In this document: piece by piece, positions 43,401 to 53,205 of the stretch
How positions within the stretch are numbered: position 1 is the first letter of the stretch
Layout: every line of letters starts with the position of its first letter
IMG/VR virus record: IMGVR_UViG_3300022821_000022
Coordinates: 1-57,892 of that record
Strand: one strand, 5' to 3'
Source of the DNA: a virus
Lineage: Duplodnaviria > Caudoviricetes
DNA: 57,892 bases
Made by a program: the position numbers and the translations under genes
Notes under the pieces: generated by a model
Databases searched by the model: none
What the model was told of the DNA's origin: nothing
Seen by the model: the letters and a program-made list of their open reading frames with translations, nothing else

Positions 43401-46400
43401 CCGTCCATCGCTGCGTCTGCCGCCAATTCCGCGTCAGTGTTCCGCATCCCCACTTCGCCGCTGGCGATCCGGTTAAAGATACTGTCGATCGTATTGAAAC
43501 CCTTGCCGATCAGTAGGTCTCCAAGAGCATTGAAGAACTCCACAACCCGGTCCCAGGCGGTGCGTTCAAAGCCTTTCTTGTCAACATTGCCTGCCTGGAA
43601 GTCCGCGAATAGATCCGCGATTGCTTCCTCTATAAGTTTTTCCTCAGAGAGGTTTTGTCCTGTCGACCGCTCTCGAACGTCGTCCATCCGGGCCTTATTG
43701 CGAAGCACGGCCTTGGATAGGGCGGTCCATTCTGACTCACGGATTACGCCTAGTTTACGCAGGGCATGGATTACTTCGTGGTTGAGAACCCAGCCCTTGT
43801 CCTTCTTGGCGTCGAGGGCAACCTCGATCAATCCGCGTAGGTACTGGCCGTCCATGAATTCGACTTCGCCATCTATCACCGCGGAAATCGTTTTCTTGAG
43901 TCGCAGGGCGATATGGCCGCGTGGGTCGATCTTTTTCAGGGCAGCAACGAGGTCGTTCAATAGATCCGTGGTCGCAGCGTCCGAGAATTCCCCGGTAACA
44001 GTCACGCCACCCTTGCCAACATTGTCGGAGGGGTCGGAGTGACGGCGGGAGAATTGTGGTGTGGCCTCGTCCCCACCCTTAGACGCGACCGCTAGGAAAG
44101 CCTCGCGGTCGGCTTCGGTCTCAAACTGGAACCCAGGGATAGCGCCATTGCGTGAGAACTTGGAATAGTAACCGTTGTTCTGTTTGGCAATCTGATTAAG
44201 GCGGGTGTACTCCTCACGCTCAACACGACTATTTAGTGACGCGACGAATAAGGGGATATTCTTCTTCGCGTGGTTTGTTTCTGCCGTGGTGAAGTCAACG
44301 CCTTCGACCCCCTTAATATCGACCTTAACGGTTTCACCAGACTCAATCCCGGCAAGCCATTCGCCCATTGCCTCGTCGTTAGGCAGCACGTAGGACTTCG
44401 AGCCCGAGTCATAGAAGCCACCGTTTTTCTCGGCAAGCTGGGCGACCCTTCTAAACTCTCCAGACCCCAGGAACTTCTTGGGTTTAAGCAAAGAGTTTCC
44501 GGCTTCATCAACCGTGATTTTGTACTCATTACCGCCAGCAGTAATGGTTCCGTCCTCGTTCGGCTCAACGTCTATGTCTTTTGTAAGCGGCTCAAGGCGA
44601 GTCCCGAGGTCCGTATCTTCCATACGGTCGAACAGTTCCTCGACGGTCTCAGCATTGGTGTAATCGCGGCTTCTTTGTTGAAGCTGCTCCGCAACGTCTT
44701 CATCAGCCTGCTTTTCCAGGACAATGATCTTGGTCATTACCGATGTGCCGGCCCGTTTAAACGTAACCGAGGGCATTGCGACATCAGCGACGATATAAAC
44801 GTCTTCGACAGCCTCATAGAATGCCGCGAATTTCTTGTCCGCGGCGGGGCCTGTAGGGATTAAAGCGACAATTCGCCCACCGTTTTTAAGGTGCTTAACG
44901 GCCTTCTCAACGTGTGCCACCGCCGTTGCTCCGCCTGATCCATAAGGCGGGTTCATTATGATGGCGTCATACTTATTGATTATATTCAGGTCCTCGAACC
45001 GTGAGGAGACAACCTTCGCTCCAGGCGTTGCCATAGCGGCCCGGCTTGATAGGTCCATAGACGGCTCAACAATGGTTCTGATTGAGGTCTCTGGTAGGAA
45101 ACGGGCGATAGCACCATGACCGGCCGATGGCTCTAGGACCTTCTCACCGACCTTAATATCAGCGAACTCAACCATTTTGAACCCGACAGGCTCCGGCGTG
45201 GCGAAGTAATCAATGCCCTCGCGCTGGTCTCTGCGGCCAGACTTCTTTTGCTGGGCGTAGTAGTACGTCTTGGCTCGTTCCCATGGAGTGAAGGAGTTTG
45301 ATTCCTGGCGATCCGCTTCCTTCCCGCCCTTACCGTCTTCTTCTGAAACCGGATAGGTGTCGCTATCCAGGAAAGCCTCGATAAATGACTGCTTTAGCGC
45401 CCTAGCGTTGTCTCCAAGGGCGAGGTTTTCAGCCGTAGAGGACCTCTCTGCTATCTTGTCCGCAAACGTGTATCGCTCCCAGGTGGTGCCGGTGTTGAAG
45501 TATCTGAAAGCGGCATCTGTAACCTGCCCTTCCCGATAAACCCGGCCTTCTTCCTGGATAGCTGTAACAGGGCGGCTGGGCATCCCAAGATTTACGAGCG
45601 TGCGTCTATGGATTCCGGTTGTGTCGTGCAGGGATATTCCGGCCTCGCCAGCGGCAGACTGAATAACAATAAGGTCGTAACCGTTGCTGTCCGTATTAAA
45701 CAGGTTCATAGCGCGGGCGCGTTCTCCCTTGGAGACCCTGCCGTTGTAGAGCAACGCATTGGGAAACTCTCTCTGCATTGTCTCGATTGGAGAAAGCATA
45801 TCCGCGAACTTAAGTTCGTTAACGTATGGATTGCGCTCTAGGAACTCGTCATAGAGAGACTGTAGATTGAACTCTTGAGCGGTGTCTCCATGCCCTACAG
45901 TAACGGTCGAATCACTAGCAAAGGCGCCATCCAGCGCGAACGGGTTGAACCCTCCGCCCACATTAAAGTCATGGAACACAACGACCTTTCGGCCTGCCTC
46001 AATGCTGTCCTTGATATACTGAACCGAGTGCTGCGCCTTAATCGCCTCAAGCAGCTGTTGGCGTGAGATATAATCGAATTTCTTTTGCACCATTTCGCCG
46101 AGCACGCGGAACTTGCCGTCGTCAGCCTCGTTCAGGAATTTCATAGCCTCGTCTATGCGATTCCCCAGGCCGTCCTCAATCAGGATAAACTTGCGGTCAT
46201 AGTCGGGCTCGATATCAAGGCGGCGGCCAGAGAGTGATTTTTGATCGGTGACAAGCCATTCATGGAACCCGCGCTCCATAACGTCAAGATTTACACCGCC
46301 GTCTGGGCGGGTGAGCTTGCCTGTTCGCATCCGATAGCCAAAGTGGCGCATATAGAAAGCGTCTTGCGCGTCTGGCTGGTTGTATCCGCCCTGGTTACTG

Positions 46401-49400
46401 TCGTCGAAGCCCTGGTTGTACTCGAATAGATACCCGTTGGCATAATCAACCGTCTTTACATAAGCGAACGGCGTGGCGCTAAGGAATAAGGCCTTTGCGC
46501 GGGGTTGCAGCTTGTATTCCTCAATACGCTTTTGAATAGCTGCGTCGAGCTCTGCCCAGGCGGCGTCTACGGTCGCTTGTGGGGCTTTGGCTTCTTGGAG
46601 CGTTTTTAGCGCATCAACAAGGGCAGCCTCTTGTGTATAGGCCTTCGTTCTTAGTCCTTGAGGGTGGTTTGTGATTGCGCGGAGGTTCTTTAGAGGCTCC
46701 GTGACCTTGCCATCCTGGGACGACATTAGCTTATGTGACTCGTCTGCCGCTACGAAGTCCCATTCGCGGTCTGCGAGGGTTTGGTTCTGACCAAGATTTG
46801 CATAGGTCGTCACGACCAAGCCAGTGCCGGCGCCTGCTACACCATCCAAGCGACTGACTGGTATTCCCAGGTTTTCAAAAGCCTCAATCCAGGCGTTCAC
46901 AACACCCTGCGTCGGGGCGACAACAAGTATGTTCTCTCGGCCTTGGCGGTACTGGCGTGCGATAATCCCAGCCCCGGTATAGGTCTTTCCGGTGCCGGTG
47001 CCATTTGTAAACATCATCCCGTGGCCGTTCTCGGCTGCGAAACGGCGCTCTGCTTTCAGCACATCGTCGTGTTGTTCTGGGAATAGGAACGGGAGGGACG
47101 CGGCTATATTGTCCGCATCGCCTTCGATAATCTCAACACTGTTCGCTTTTTTCTGGGCTTCCCGCTTGGCTTTTAGGTCAAGGGGTTTTGTAGTAGCCGA
47201 CTTAGCTGGGTCTGTTGTTCCTCGGTCATTGGGCGCTCTCGGCCCGCTAATATCAGGGCCTCGTCCACTGTCTCCAGATTGGGTAGCGCCCCCATGTTCC
47301 CCGGATTGTCCCTGACGTATGCCGCTATTGCTTCCCGTTCCCAGAGAAGGGGCCCCATCATTAGAAGCGACAGCCGTACCGCGGAGTCCGTCGTCCCCGC
47401 TTTGGTTAGCTTGGTCTCCTCGTTCTCCAGCGCCTCGTCCATCTGCTGATCCTGGAGCGGAAACATCCTCTTGCCGAACTCCGTCGCTAGAGGATACTTC
47501 GCTATCTCGTTCCAGATCGGCGTTGCTACTTGGTGCATTTTGGTCTCCTGGTGTCAGTAGGTTGCCTTGTCCAGCCTCGTTTTCTTTGTCCCTCTTGGCA
47601 ACTTTCTCTTTGGTGGTCTCACCAAACATGCCGCCGGGTTCGTCCTGCTCTTTTTTGGTTTTGAGCTTGTCGCCTTTGGAATCTACGAGTTGCTGATTTG
47701 AACCTTTGGCTCCAGGAATAATGCCCTGCGGCCTGGGTCCATCAACAGTGTCTACTGTTTCTGTTTCAGCCGTAGCCGGTTTATCCCCAGCCTCAGTTTC
47801 CTGCTTGTGTGTGCCATTCTGAGCGCCGCCGCTTTCAGTTCCGGGGACGATTCCGGCTTGTTCGCCACGCGCATCCCCGTTCTCTCCTTCTGGCGCATTA
47901 TTTCCATCGGTATCGCTTTCAAACGGGATTTCATCATCTTGCTCCTGTGGGTGGGGATCATAGCCGATATCGCCCTCATGTTCCATATAGTCGCCATCGG
48001 CTTCTATGCTCTCTAAATAGTTGTCGATTAGTTGCTCAAGCTTCTCGTCCGTTAAATCCTTGGAATTTAGCCCATAATCCTCTGCAAGGGCTTCCATTTC
48101 AGCGCGTTTTTGGTCTGGATCTTCCTCGACTTCAGCCACATCCTCTGGGCGCCGACCCTCAACAAGTTTACGGGCGGCGAGGTCAATGGCCTCATATAGA
48201 GCGGGGCTTTCCGACCCTTCTGGGAGGAAGCGGTCGGCTATTAGCTGCTCAATTATGTAGACAATCTGCATCCCGCCGGTCTTCTTGAACGGCTTACCAA
48301 ACGCGGGTTGGAAATTGTTAAGGTGCCCAGCCTCCTCAATCCAGCCGTCCTTGTCATTCATCCCGCCATAGGACGCGATGGCCTGTAGGATCGTTTGTGG
48401 CTCGCGGTCGATTTTTTTACCGCGAACCCTGTTGGCTTTCTTTGGCTTGGTTTTCTCGACTGCGGGCGGGGCCTTGTCCGCTGTATCTTCGGGGCTCTCC
48501 TGCCCAAGGGTTTTAAGGGCCGCCCGAACCTCGTCGGCGGTGTCCATATTGTCTACGTTTCCGCCCGAGTCCTCGATCATATCGCGGGCACCGTTGTACC
48601 AACTCCGCAGGTAGGGCCTTAGCTGTTCAAGCGTAATCCCCATGCTTTCTGCCATTTTCTGCGCTAATGACACAAATTTACGGGTGCCAGACTCAATATG
48701 GAAAACGGCCAATTCCGTACCCATAGCAAGCATTTCCGGGTCGATCCCGCTACCTAGCTGGCTCTTGAACTTGGCGGACAGCTTCTTGCGAAGCTCCTCG
48801 GCTCGCTCGGCCGTCACTAGCTTGTTGTCGGCGCCGTAGTCCGCTTTGTCTTTAACAGGAGGCGTTTCGTTAGACTCAACGGGTTTAGTCGTGGATTCCT
48901 TAGCTGGTAACTCAGGCTTAGGAGTTTTCAGCTTTTCAGGAGGGTTATCAGCTTTGGCGGGTTCCTGCGGTTTTTTAGTTTCAGGCTTTTCGGTAGGGTT
49001 ATCAGCCGACTCCGCTGGCGAATTCTGCAATTCTCCACGGATCTGCTCCTTGGACTTGGCGTTGTCTGGCTCGTTGTAAATCTCGTCAACACGGCGCTCA
49101 ACTACCTGCTCAGGCGTTTCGGTTAGGTCTATCGTTTCCGCAGCGGGCTCTCCCATTACGGGGCCCTTCTGCGTGTTGTCCTTTTTAGTCTCAGCGTTCT
49201 TGCGGCCGAGGTAGTCCCCAGCCGTCAGGACTTCATACTTCTCCTGATTGATCTTGTCCGCTGTGGCGCGTTCGGTAATTTCAAGCACACTATTGAGAGT
49301 GCCCCTTTCAACGACGACCCAGCTATTCTCTCCATGTTTGAGTTCAGGGACGCGGTAATTATCGCCAAGAATTTCCTTAGTCCGTGCTTCCTGGTCGATC

Positions 49401-51634
49401 TTGTCTTGAGCAAGGGTCGCGGGGTCAGTCACGCCTGGGACAAGCGCGGCTACGTTCGCCTTCATCCATGCGTCACCCCATGCGGTTATAGCGGGCACGC
49501 CCCCGGCAATTACGTCGGCGGGTGGCTCGGCTGGTAATCCATCTTCAAAGGCCTTTTTGCCCATTGCGGCGTAATCGGTAGGCTCCCCAGCCACCACGGC
49601 TTCACCACCAGAGGAGGGCTGGGCGGCTGGGGCTGTCTGGACCGTAGGCGGCGTTCCAGACAGGTCTTGTTGGGCAGGAGCGAGGGGAGGGTCCGCTTCT
49701 GCCTCTGTCTGTGACACGACCGGCTCTCGCAAACCGAATCCGCCTTCGACCTCGACAACTTCTAATGTTCTACCTCTTAGATCTTTCCGCGATTTAGCTG
49801 CGACCCATGCCGCAGGCTTGGTTGGGAAAGGAGATCCGTCGTTCTTTAGCGATATCGTCGGGTCCGGGGTGACTAAGGGGGCATCGTCTATCAATGGAGA
49901 AGGATCAGCCGGGGCGATATCGGGTGTGCCCGCAGCAACGTCATTCTGAATAGCCGTGCCCTCGGCAATCAAGTCGCTATCAATAGGGCTGGCTTCATCC
50001 TCCGCGGTGATCGGTGCCTGCTTCTGGGGCCCGCCGGTTAATGCTTTTCTCTCCTTGGCGGCCGCTACGATTTCACCAGCGGCGGCCTCCATGCTGTCTA
50101 CATGGTCGGCATATTGAGGCAAGACAGCCCGCAGCATATCCTCAACAATGTAGGCCGATTTTAGCTCTCGTTCTTCTACTGTGATGCTCTGGCCCTTCTT
50201 GGTCTGGGCAAGGTCGGCCTCTACCTCTAGCCATAAGCCGAAGCGAACATCCTCCATATATTCTGGGTCTTCGATATCAATACTGGCAACGTCAATCCCG
50301 GCTTTCTTCAGTTTAGCCCGTGCGATCGCTTCCGCACCCGATCCCGCTGAGTAAGCTGCGGTCGCAACCTCAAGAGGCGCAGTTCCGAGCTCTGCGATAG
50401 CTTCGGCGTAGACCTCTACCCAGTTCTGCACCTCGCCATAAGCGACCTTTTGCCCCAACGCTTCGCCAGTGCCACCAAGGACAGCCTGGGCCCCTAGTTG
50501 CGCCGGCACGTTGACGGCTTGGCGTCTGAACGGGCTACTCAGGAGCATCGACTTCGGGACCATCAGCTTCGTAGCAATCCCGCCTGATATGGCATCGAAG
50601 ATACCGACAGCCAGGCCTTTCTTTAGGCCCTTCTCCCGAGCGTCAGCCATAATGCTTTCGTCTTGGAAGGCTTTAATAAGGGATTGGCTGTCCGTGATAT
50701 CGACCCCGGCATCAGCCATGGCCTCAAGCATAGTGAAGTTTGAGTCCACCCAGAACGAGCCCGTACCTGTGCCACCAGCAAACCCTAGCATTTGAGCGGT
50801 TGTGCCTGCTGCCTTTAGGCCCAGACCTGCGGCGCCGCCCAAGGCCAAGGATGGTACCATATAGGCCGCGCTTTCAGCGGCAAGCCCCCAAATCAGGGAC
50901 ATAAAGTGTTTAGAGCCAAGCGTTCTGAAAAACGAGCCCGAAGATCCCGCCATAGCGTGCTCGACGGCGGGGTGCGATTTAATGCCTTCCTGCTTGTCTC
51001 TGCGTTGGGCGCTACTCGCGCTTTCCTCGGCAAGTCGTTCAAGCCAGAATTCGCGGCGCTCTTTTAGAAACTCTGGGTCCTGGGCCTTAACGGGGTTTTC
51101 ATTGAGACGGGCTAGAGCTCGGGCGGTAGCTGCTTCATCCCCACTAGCTCTCGCGTCTTGATAGGCCTGGATCTTAACAAGGTTCTGCGCTGCATGGCTG
51201 GCTCTGGTGGCTGCTGCGACAGTGCCAAGCCCATACCCACTTTTAGTCAGTGGATCCGTAACATTCCGCTTAAACCGCGTTCTATCGTCACCCTCTAGGT
51301 TCGCGTCGATCGACGCAGCATCCAGATTGATCTGATCCTTAGACTCCGCAGACAACGTAGGGGCTGTGTCTTGCACCTGTGCCTGCCCGAAGGGAGAGAA
51401 GGGGCTAGGCATATCAGCCTGTGTTAACGGCGCTGGACCCTCAACCGGGGCGGCGACGGGCTCTGGGATAGGCTCGGGGACGGGTTCGGGCTCAGGCTCG
51501 GGTTCCGGCGCGTAGAATTCCGCGGCGGGCTTGCCACCGTTCAGGAAGTCTATGTAAGGGTCAGGCGCACTGTTGCCGAAGTAATCGGCGGCGGGCCTTC
51601 CGCTATTCAGGAAACTCTTAAAGTCTGGCGGCAT
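40487..51634 (-). CDS. Giant polyvalent virion/ejection protein (3715 aa): SF2 helicase, N6-adenine methyltransferase, HExxH peptidase-like domain and LPD38-like domain
   Basis: GTGTGKT (46982-47002), DESH (46733-46744), VLEPSAGHG and NPPY (44942-44953), HEVIH (43766-43780) then EEAIAD, IPKPFEIG (~41300). Confidence 0.85.
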   Translation of the reverse strand: MPPDFKSFLNSGRPAADYFGNSAPDPYIDFLNGGKPAAEFYAPEPEPEPEPVPEPIPEPVAAPVEGPAPLTQADMPSPFSPFGQAQVQDTAPTLSAESKDQINLDAASIDANLEGDDRTRFKRNVTDPLTKSGYGLGTVAAATRASHAAQNLVKIQAYQDARASGDEAATARALARLNENPVKAQDPEFLKERREFWLERLAEESASSAQRRDKQEGIKSHPAVEHAMAGSSGSFFRTLGSKHFMSLIWGLAAESAAYMVPSLALGGAAGLGLKAAGTTAQMLGFAGGTGTGSFWVDSNFTMLEAMADAGVDITDSQSLIKAFQDESIMADAREKGLKKGLAVGIFDAISGGIATKLMVPKSMLLSSPFRRQAVNVPAQLGAQAVLGGTGEALGQKVAYGEVQNWVEVYAEAIAELGTAPLEVATAAYSAGSGAEAIARAKLKKAGIDVASIDIEDPEYMEDVRFGLWLEVEADLAQTKKGQSITVEERELKSAYIVEDMLRAVLPQYADHVDSMEAAAGEIVAAAKERKALTGGPQKQAPITAEDEASPIDSDLIAEGTAIQNDVAAGTPDIAPADPSPLIDDAPLVTPDPTISLKNDGSPFPTKPAAWVAAKSRKDLRGRTLEVVEVEGGFGLREPVVSQTEAEADPPLAPAQQDLSGTPPTVQTAPAAQPSSGGEAVVAGEPTDYAAMGKKAFEDGLPAEPPADVIAGGVPAITAWGDAWMKANVAALVPGVTDPATLAQDKIDQEARTKEILGDNYRVPELKHGENSWVVVERGTLNSVLEITERATADKINQEKYEVLTAGDYLGRKNAETKKDNTQKGPVMGEPAAETIDLTETPEQVVERRVDEIYNEPDNAKSKEQIRGELQNSPAESADNPTEKPETKKPQEPAKADNPPEKLKTPKPELPAKESTTKPVESNETPPVKDKADYGADNKLVTAERAEELRKKLSAKFKSQLGSGIDPEMLAMGTELAVFHIESGTRKFVSLAQKMAESMGITLEQLRPYLRSWYNGARDMIEDSGGNVDNMDTADEVRAALKTLGQESPEDTADKAPPAVEKTKPKKANRVRGKKIDREPQTILQAIASYGGMNDKDGWIEEAGHLNNFQPAFGKPFKKTGGMQIVYIIEQLIADRFLPEGSESPALYEAIDLAARKLVEGRRPEDVAEVEEDPDQKRAEMEALAEDYGLNSKDLTDEKLEQLIDNYLESIEADGDYMEHEGDIGYDPHPQEQDDEIPFESDTDGNNAPEGENGDARGEQAGIVPGTESGGAQNGTHKQETEAGDKPATAETETVDTVDGPRPQGIIPGAKGSNQQLVDSKGDKLKTKKEQDEPGGMFGETTKEKVAKRDKENEAGQGNLLTPGDQNAPSSNADLERDSEVSSSDGVRQEDVSAPGSADGRGAGERGDQANQSGDDGLRGTAVASNDGAPSLGTGSNSGIRQGQSGEHGGATQSGDSGRGPDISGPRAPNDRGTTDPAKSATTKPLDLKAKREAQKKANSVEIIEGDADNIAASLPFLFPEQHDDVLKAERRFAAENGHGMMFTNGTGTGKTYTGAGIIARQYRQGRENILVVAPTQGVVNAWIEAFENLGIPVSRLDGVAGAGTGLVVTTYANLGQNQTLADREWDFVAADESHKLMSSQDGKVTEPLKNLRAITNHPQGLRTKAYTQEAALVDALKTLQEAKAPQATVDAAWAELDAAIQKRIEEYKLQPRAKALFLSATPFAYVKTVDYANGYLFEYNQGFDDSNQGGYNQPDAQDAFYMRHFGYRMRTGKLTRPDGGVNLDVMERGFHEWLVTDQKSLSGRRLDIEPDYDRKFILIEDGLGNRIDEAMKFLNEADDGKFRVLGEMVQKKFDYISRQQLLEAIKAQHSVQYIKDSIEAGRKVVVFHDFNVGGGFNPFALDGAFASDSTVTVGHGDTAQEFNLQSLYDEFLERNPYVNELKFADMLSPIETMQREFPNALLYNGRVSKGERARAMNLFNTDSNGYDLIVIQSAAGEAGISLHDTTGIHRRTLVNLGMPSRPVTAIQEEGRVYREGQVTDAAFRYFNTGTTWERYTFADKIAERSSTAENLALGDNARALKQSFIEAFLDSDTYPVSEEDGKGGKEADRQESNSFTPWERAKTYYYAQQKKSGRRDQREGIDYFATPEPVGFKMVEFADIKVGEKVLEPSAGHGAIARFLPETSIRTIVEPSMDLSSRAAMATPGAKVVSSRFEDLNIINKYDAIIMNPPYGSGGATAVAHVEKAVKHLKNGGRIVALIPTGPAADKKFAAFYEAVEDVYIVADVAMPSVTFKRAGTSVMTKIIVLEKQADEDVAEQLQQRSRDYTNAETVEELFDRMEDTDLGTRLEPLTKDIDVEPNEDGTITAGGNEYKITVDEAGNSLLKPKKFLGSGEFRRVAQLAEKNGGFYDSGSKSYVLPNDEAMGEWLAGIESGETVKVDIKGVEGVDFTTAETNHAKKNIPLFVASLNSRVEREEYTRLNQIAKQNNGYYSKFSRNGAIPGFQFETEADREAFLAVASKGGDEATPQFSRRHSDPSDNVGKGGVTVTGEFSDAATTDLLNDLVAALKKIDPRGHIALRLKKTISAVIDGEVEFMDGQYLRGLIEVALDAKKDKGWVLNHEVIHALRKLGVIRESEWTALSKAVLRNKARMDDVRERSTGQNLSEEKLIEEAIADLFADFQAGNVDKKGFERTAWDRVVEFFNALGDLLIGKGFNTIDSIFNRIASGEVGMRNTDAELAADAAMDGDSFMRRGTPTQNRAINKITDVTDHRPLMERIMDTGANLWEDAKNEWVWATADNALGQRQMGLALNPEAADRELASYVAASLASHNAGQMEAMIRWGAPYWDSEYGVMRQDDTGGLYTILEPIFSGNLEGLFNGYAYARRVRAQKLIREGREHNLTEADVEDLLSLGEENPELVEVFDKLQVYMKKVLDMAEDMGLINDKQRNGDPEKGTVGWENMDYVPFYRHIEEGSGVTGPRRTRGLTGQSAGIKRLTGGKKLWGVIEDSTGSVMGRFEKKSEANALRKKLGKTTHEVEAMGQPIPSIVENIAKNITHLVDASMKNVAAVLAIDEGLELGIIEKVGMARIRALVPTSAAVSTLKKQGLAIDGDLEKVSSITAMAAIADPVKLGNNIVSIRRDGKVEYYEVHNRIVYKSIGQLYRQEMSGYILTPLIYTKTFFTRAITAFPAFMARNFGRDSGSSWLISEERSNNFYKEMWASMKALTISMDDPQVRELMAAGGDVGFYQNAPKDILKQLRQMERDNKLVHLLNPLELFMRTFRAWEHHVGRRGELANRNVTFKRVKDATKGDIRQGAFAAGDLMDFYKRGGSDLAVLLTSISPFLNARIQGLYKLARVGGRAAVKEGLMKKLMIKGGMMVGFTVAMALINMGDEGWDEDEELPAASGYNDLPEYVKDASWVINYWRILGRRNAMKVGLPQFGYIPKPFEIGAIFGTIPERMLQSIVGNDRSSASKQAMINLIMNTFAINPASNPWLLTPIELFANKDSFRDTPIESMSMENLPPEMRYNDRTSYLAKEAGKATGLSPAKIEHVVKGFTATLGDYILAASDAISDTIIGGAPPKASKRLDERNIIKSFVGQAPMRSTKWTDRFFELKKEISQQYSGLQKIKDDEGAVEYRRQSLLPENKGVGADMRKMNRVAKKLKKIRDEQTKINRSLTMTPDEKRSELDVLLSERNLLVKQETQRMEAKADKRDSLR

Positions 51635-51636
51635 TT

Positions 51637-52533
51637 CTACTGATTACCAGTAGCGAGATTGAGCCGCCTTAGGGCTTCCTCTTGAGTGATTGTACCAGCC
51701 TCATATTCCTGTCTAATTCTGTCCATGGCCTGCTGCTGTTCCGGTGTAGGCGGTGCTGCGCTTGGTGGTGGCGCTGGGGTCCCACCTAATCCATTGGCGG
51801 GCGCGTCCATGATTGTCGGCTGTGCAGACTGGTTGCCCAATCCGATGGCGGCGTTAGGATTCGTAGCCGTGACCGCGCCAATGCCCTGCCCATGATCCGG
51901 CGCTTCGTCCGGAACATCTAGCCCGTGCTGCTCTGCGTACACTTTTGCCACATCGGGCATAGCGACCATAAGACCCTTGTAGACAAGGAGTAGCTTATCC
52001 GGGATTTCTTCTGGCCCTATCGAAACGCCATCTTCTGTGCCGAGCCCGGTTATATAGAGCTGCTCGAAGTCCTTTACGGCCGCCGCAACCTTGGCATCGT
52101 AGTTAACGCCCGCTGTTCTTAGGGCGACCTGTAGTTGCGCGGCGCGGTTTGCGGTCTGGTCCGCCCGGTACTCCTCCATCGAGTCCTGCTGCCTGTCTCT
52201 GAATGCGTCGTTTGATTCGTCCTGAAGGCGATTGCGGTCGGTTCTGGCCTTAAGGTCCCTCTCAGCCAAAGCATTCGTTTCTCCTTGCGAGAGCAGGGTG
52301 GCCTTCGCCTTGATTTCCGCGGCTGTGGCGTTTGTGCCAGCAAGAGCCGCTGCCGCATCCGTGGAGGCCTTCGTTTGGCGGGTGTCGGAGTCCAGCGATC
52401 GCTTATCAGCGCGAGCCTCGCTCTCGTCAGATATCATCCTCTGCCAATTCATCTTGGCCTGCTCGATAACGCCCTGGCCGTAGCCTTGAGCGGCGCCGGC
52501 TGCCATCAATCCTAATGCGCGTCCGATTCCCAT
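51637..52533 (-). CDS. Putative internal virion (ejection) protein
   Basis: Gly/Ala N-terminus, helical; synteny before the giant protein. Confidence 0.6.
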   Translation of the reverse strand: MGIGRALGLMAAGAAQGYGQGVIEQAKMNWQRMISDESEARADKRSLDSDTRQTKASTDAAAALAGTNATAAEIKAKATLLSQGETNALAERDLKARTDRNRLQDESNDAFRDRQQDSMEEYRADQTANRAAQLQVALRTAGVNYDAKVAAAVKDFEQLYITGLGTEDGVSIGPEEIPDKLLLVYKGLMVAMPDVAKVYAEQHGLDVPDEAPDHGQGIGAVTATNPNAAIGLGNQSAQPTIMDAPANGLGGTPAPPPSAAPPTPEQQQAMDRIRQEYEAGTITQEEALRRLNLATGNQ

Positions 52534-53196
52534 TTATGCCCCCTGCGGCGGTGGTGGAGGCGGCGGGGCCTGTTGACCCTGCTGCGGCGCTTCCTGCCCT
52601 GCCATCTTATCCATACCCGGCAACGCCCCTTCTAGCACGGCTGGCGGCGCATCGTTTAGGGCCTGTAGGTCGGCTTTCGCGGCTTCCGGGTCCATTGTCT
52701 CTTTGTTCATCTGCTTGTAGTGATCGACAGCCTTTAGGAACCCAGTTTCGAGCTCCTCATCGGTGAATGTGTGGATACCCTTACTCTCGGCAAGCTCGGC
52801 AAGGTGCTCTGTGATTTCCTGTCCGCCATGAAGCATGGTTTCTCCGGTTATTTTCATCCCGGATTTGCTCGCTGATTTCTCAACGGCATCGACAACGTAG
52901 ACAGCGGCGGTCGCAAGGGCCTCTACAGGATCACTCCCGGCACTAAGCATAGAGACAACGCTTTCCCCGGCTTTCTCATTCCCTTCGGCGGCAATCAGGT
53001 TAAGGGCGTTCCCTACGAATTGGTCATACTGATCCTGTTCCTCTGGCGACACATTGGCCTCGGGATCACCCTCCTCGTCCAAAGGAAGGTTAGACGGGTA
53101 CTGGTCCGTCGGCGCATTCGCGTTGACAGCCCCGCGCTGTGGCGGCGGGGCTGGCTGTTGCCCGAGTCCGGGCGCGGGTGGTTGAGGAGGTAGCAT
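52534..53196 (-). CDS. Hypothetical virion-module protein
   Basis: 220 aa acidic protein with Pro-rich ends; GGAG RBS. Confidence 0.65.
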   Translation of the reverse strand: MLPPQPPAPGLGQQPAPPPQRGAVNANAPTDQYPSNLPLDEEGDPEANVSPEEQDQYDQFVGNALNLIAAEGNEKAGESVVSMLSAGSDPVEALATAAVYVVDAVEKSASKSGMKITGETMLHGGQEITEHLAELAESKGIHTFTDEELETGFLKAVDHYKQMNKETMDPEAAKADLQALNDAPPAVLEGALPGMDKMAGQEAPQQGQQAPPPPPPPQGA

Positions 53197-53205
53197 TGCA
53201 GTCTC

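Noticed and set aside
40487-51634. N4-like virion RNA polymerase
   Set aside because: Size and the N4-type capsid suggested it, but the visible motifs are helicase, methylase, peptidase and LPD38, with no RNA polymerase motifs.
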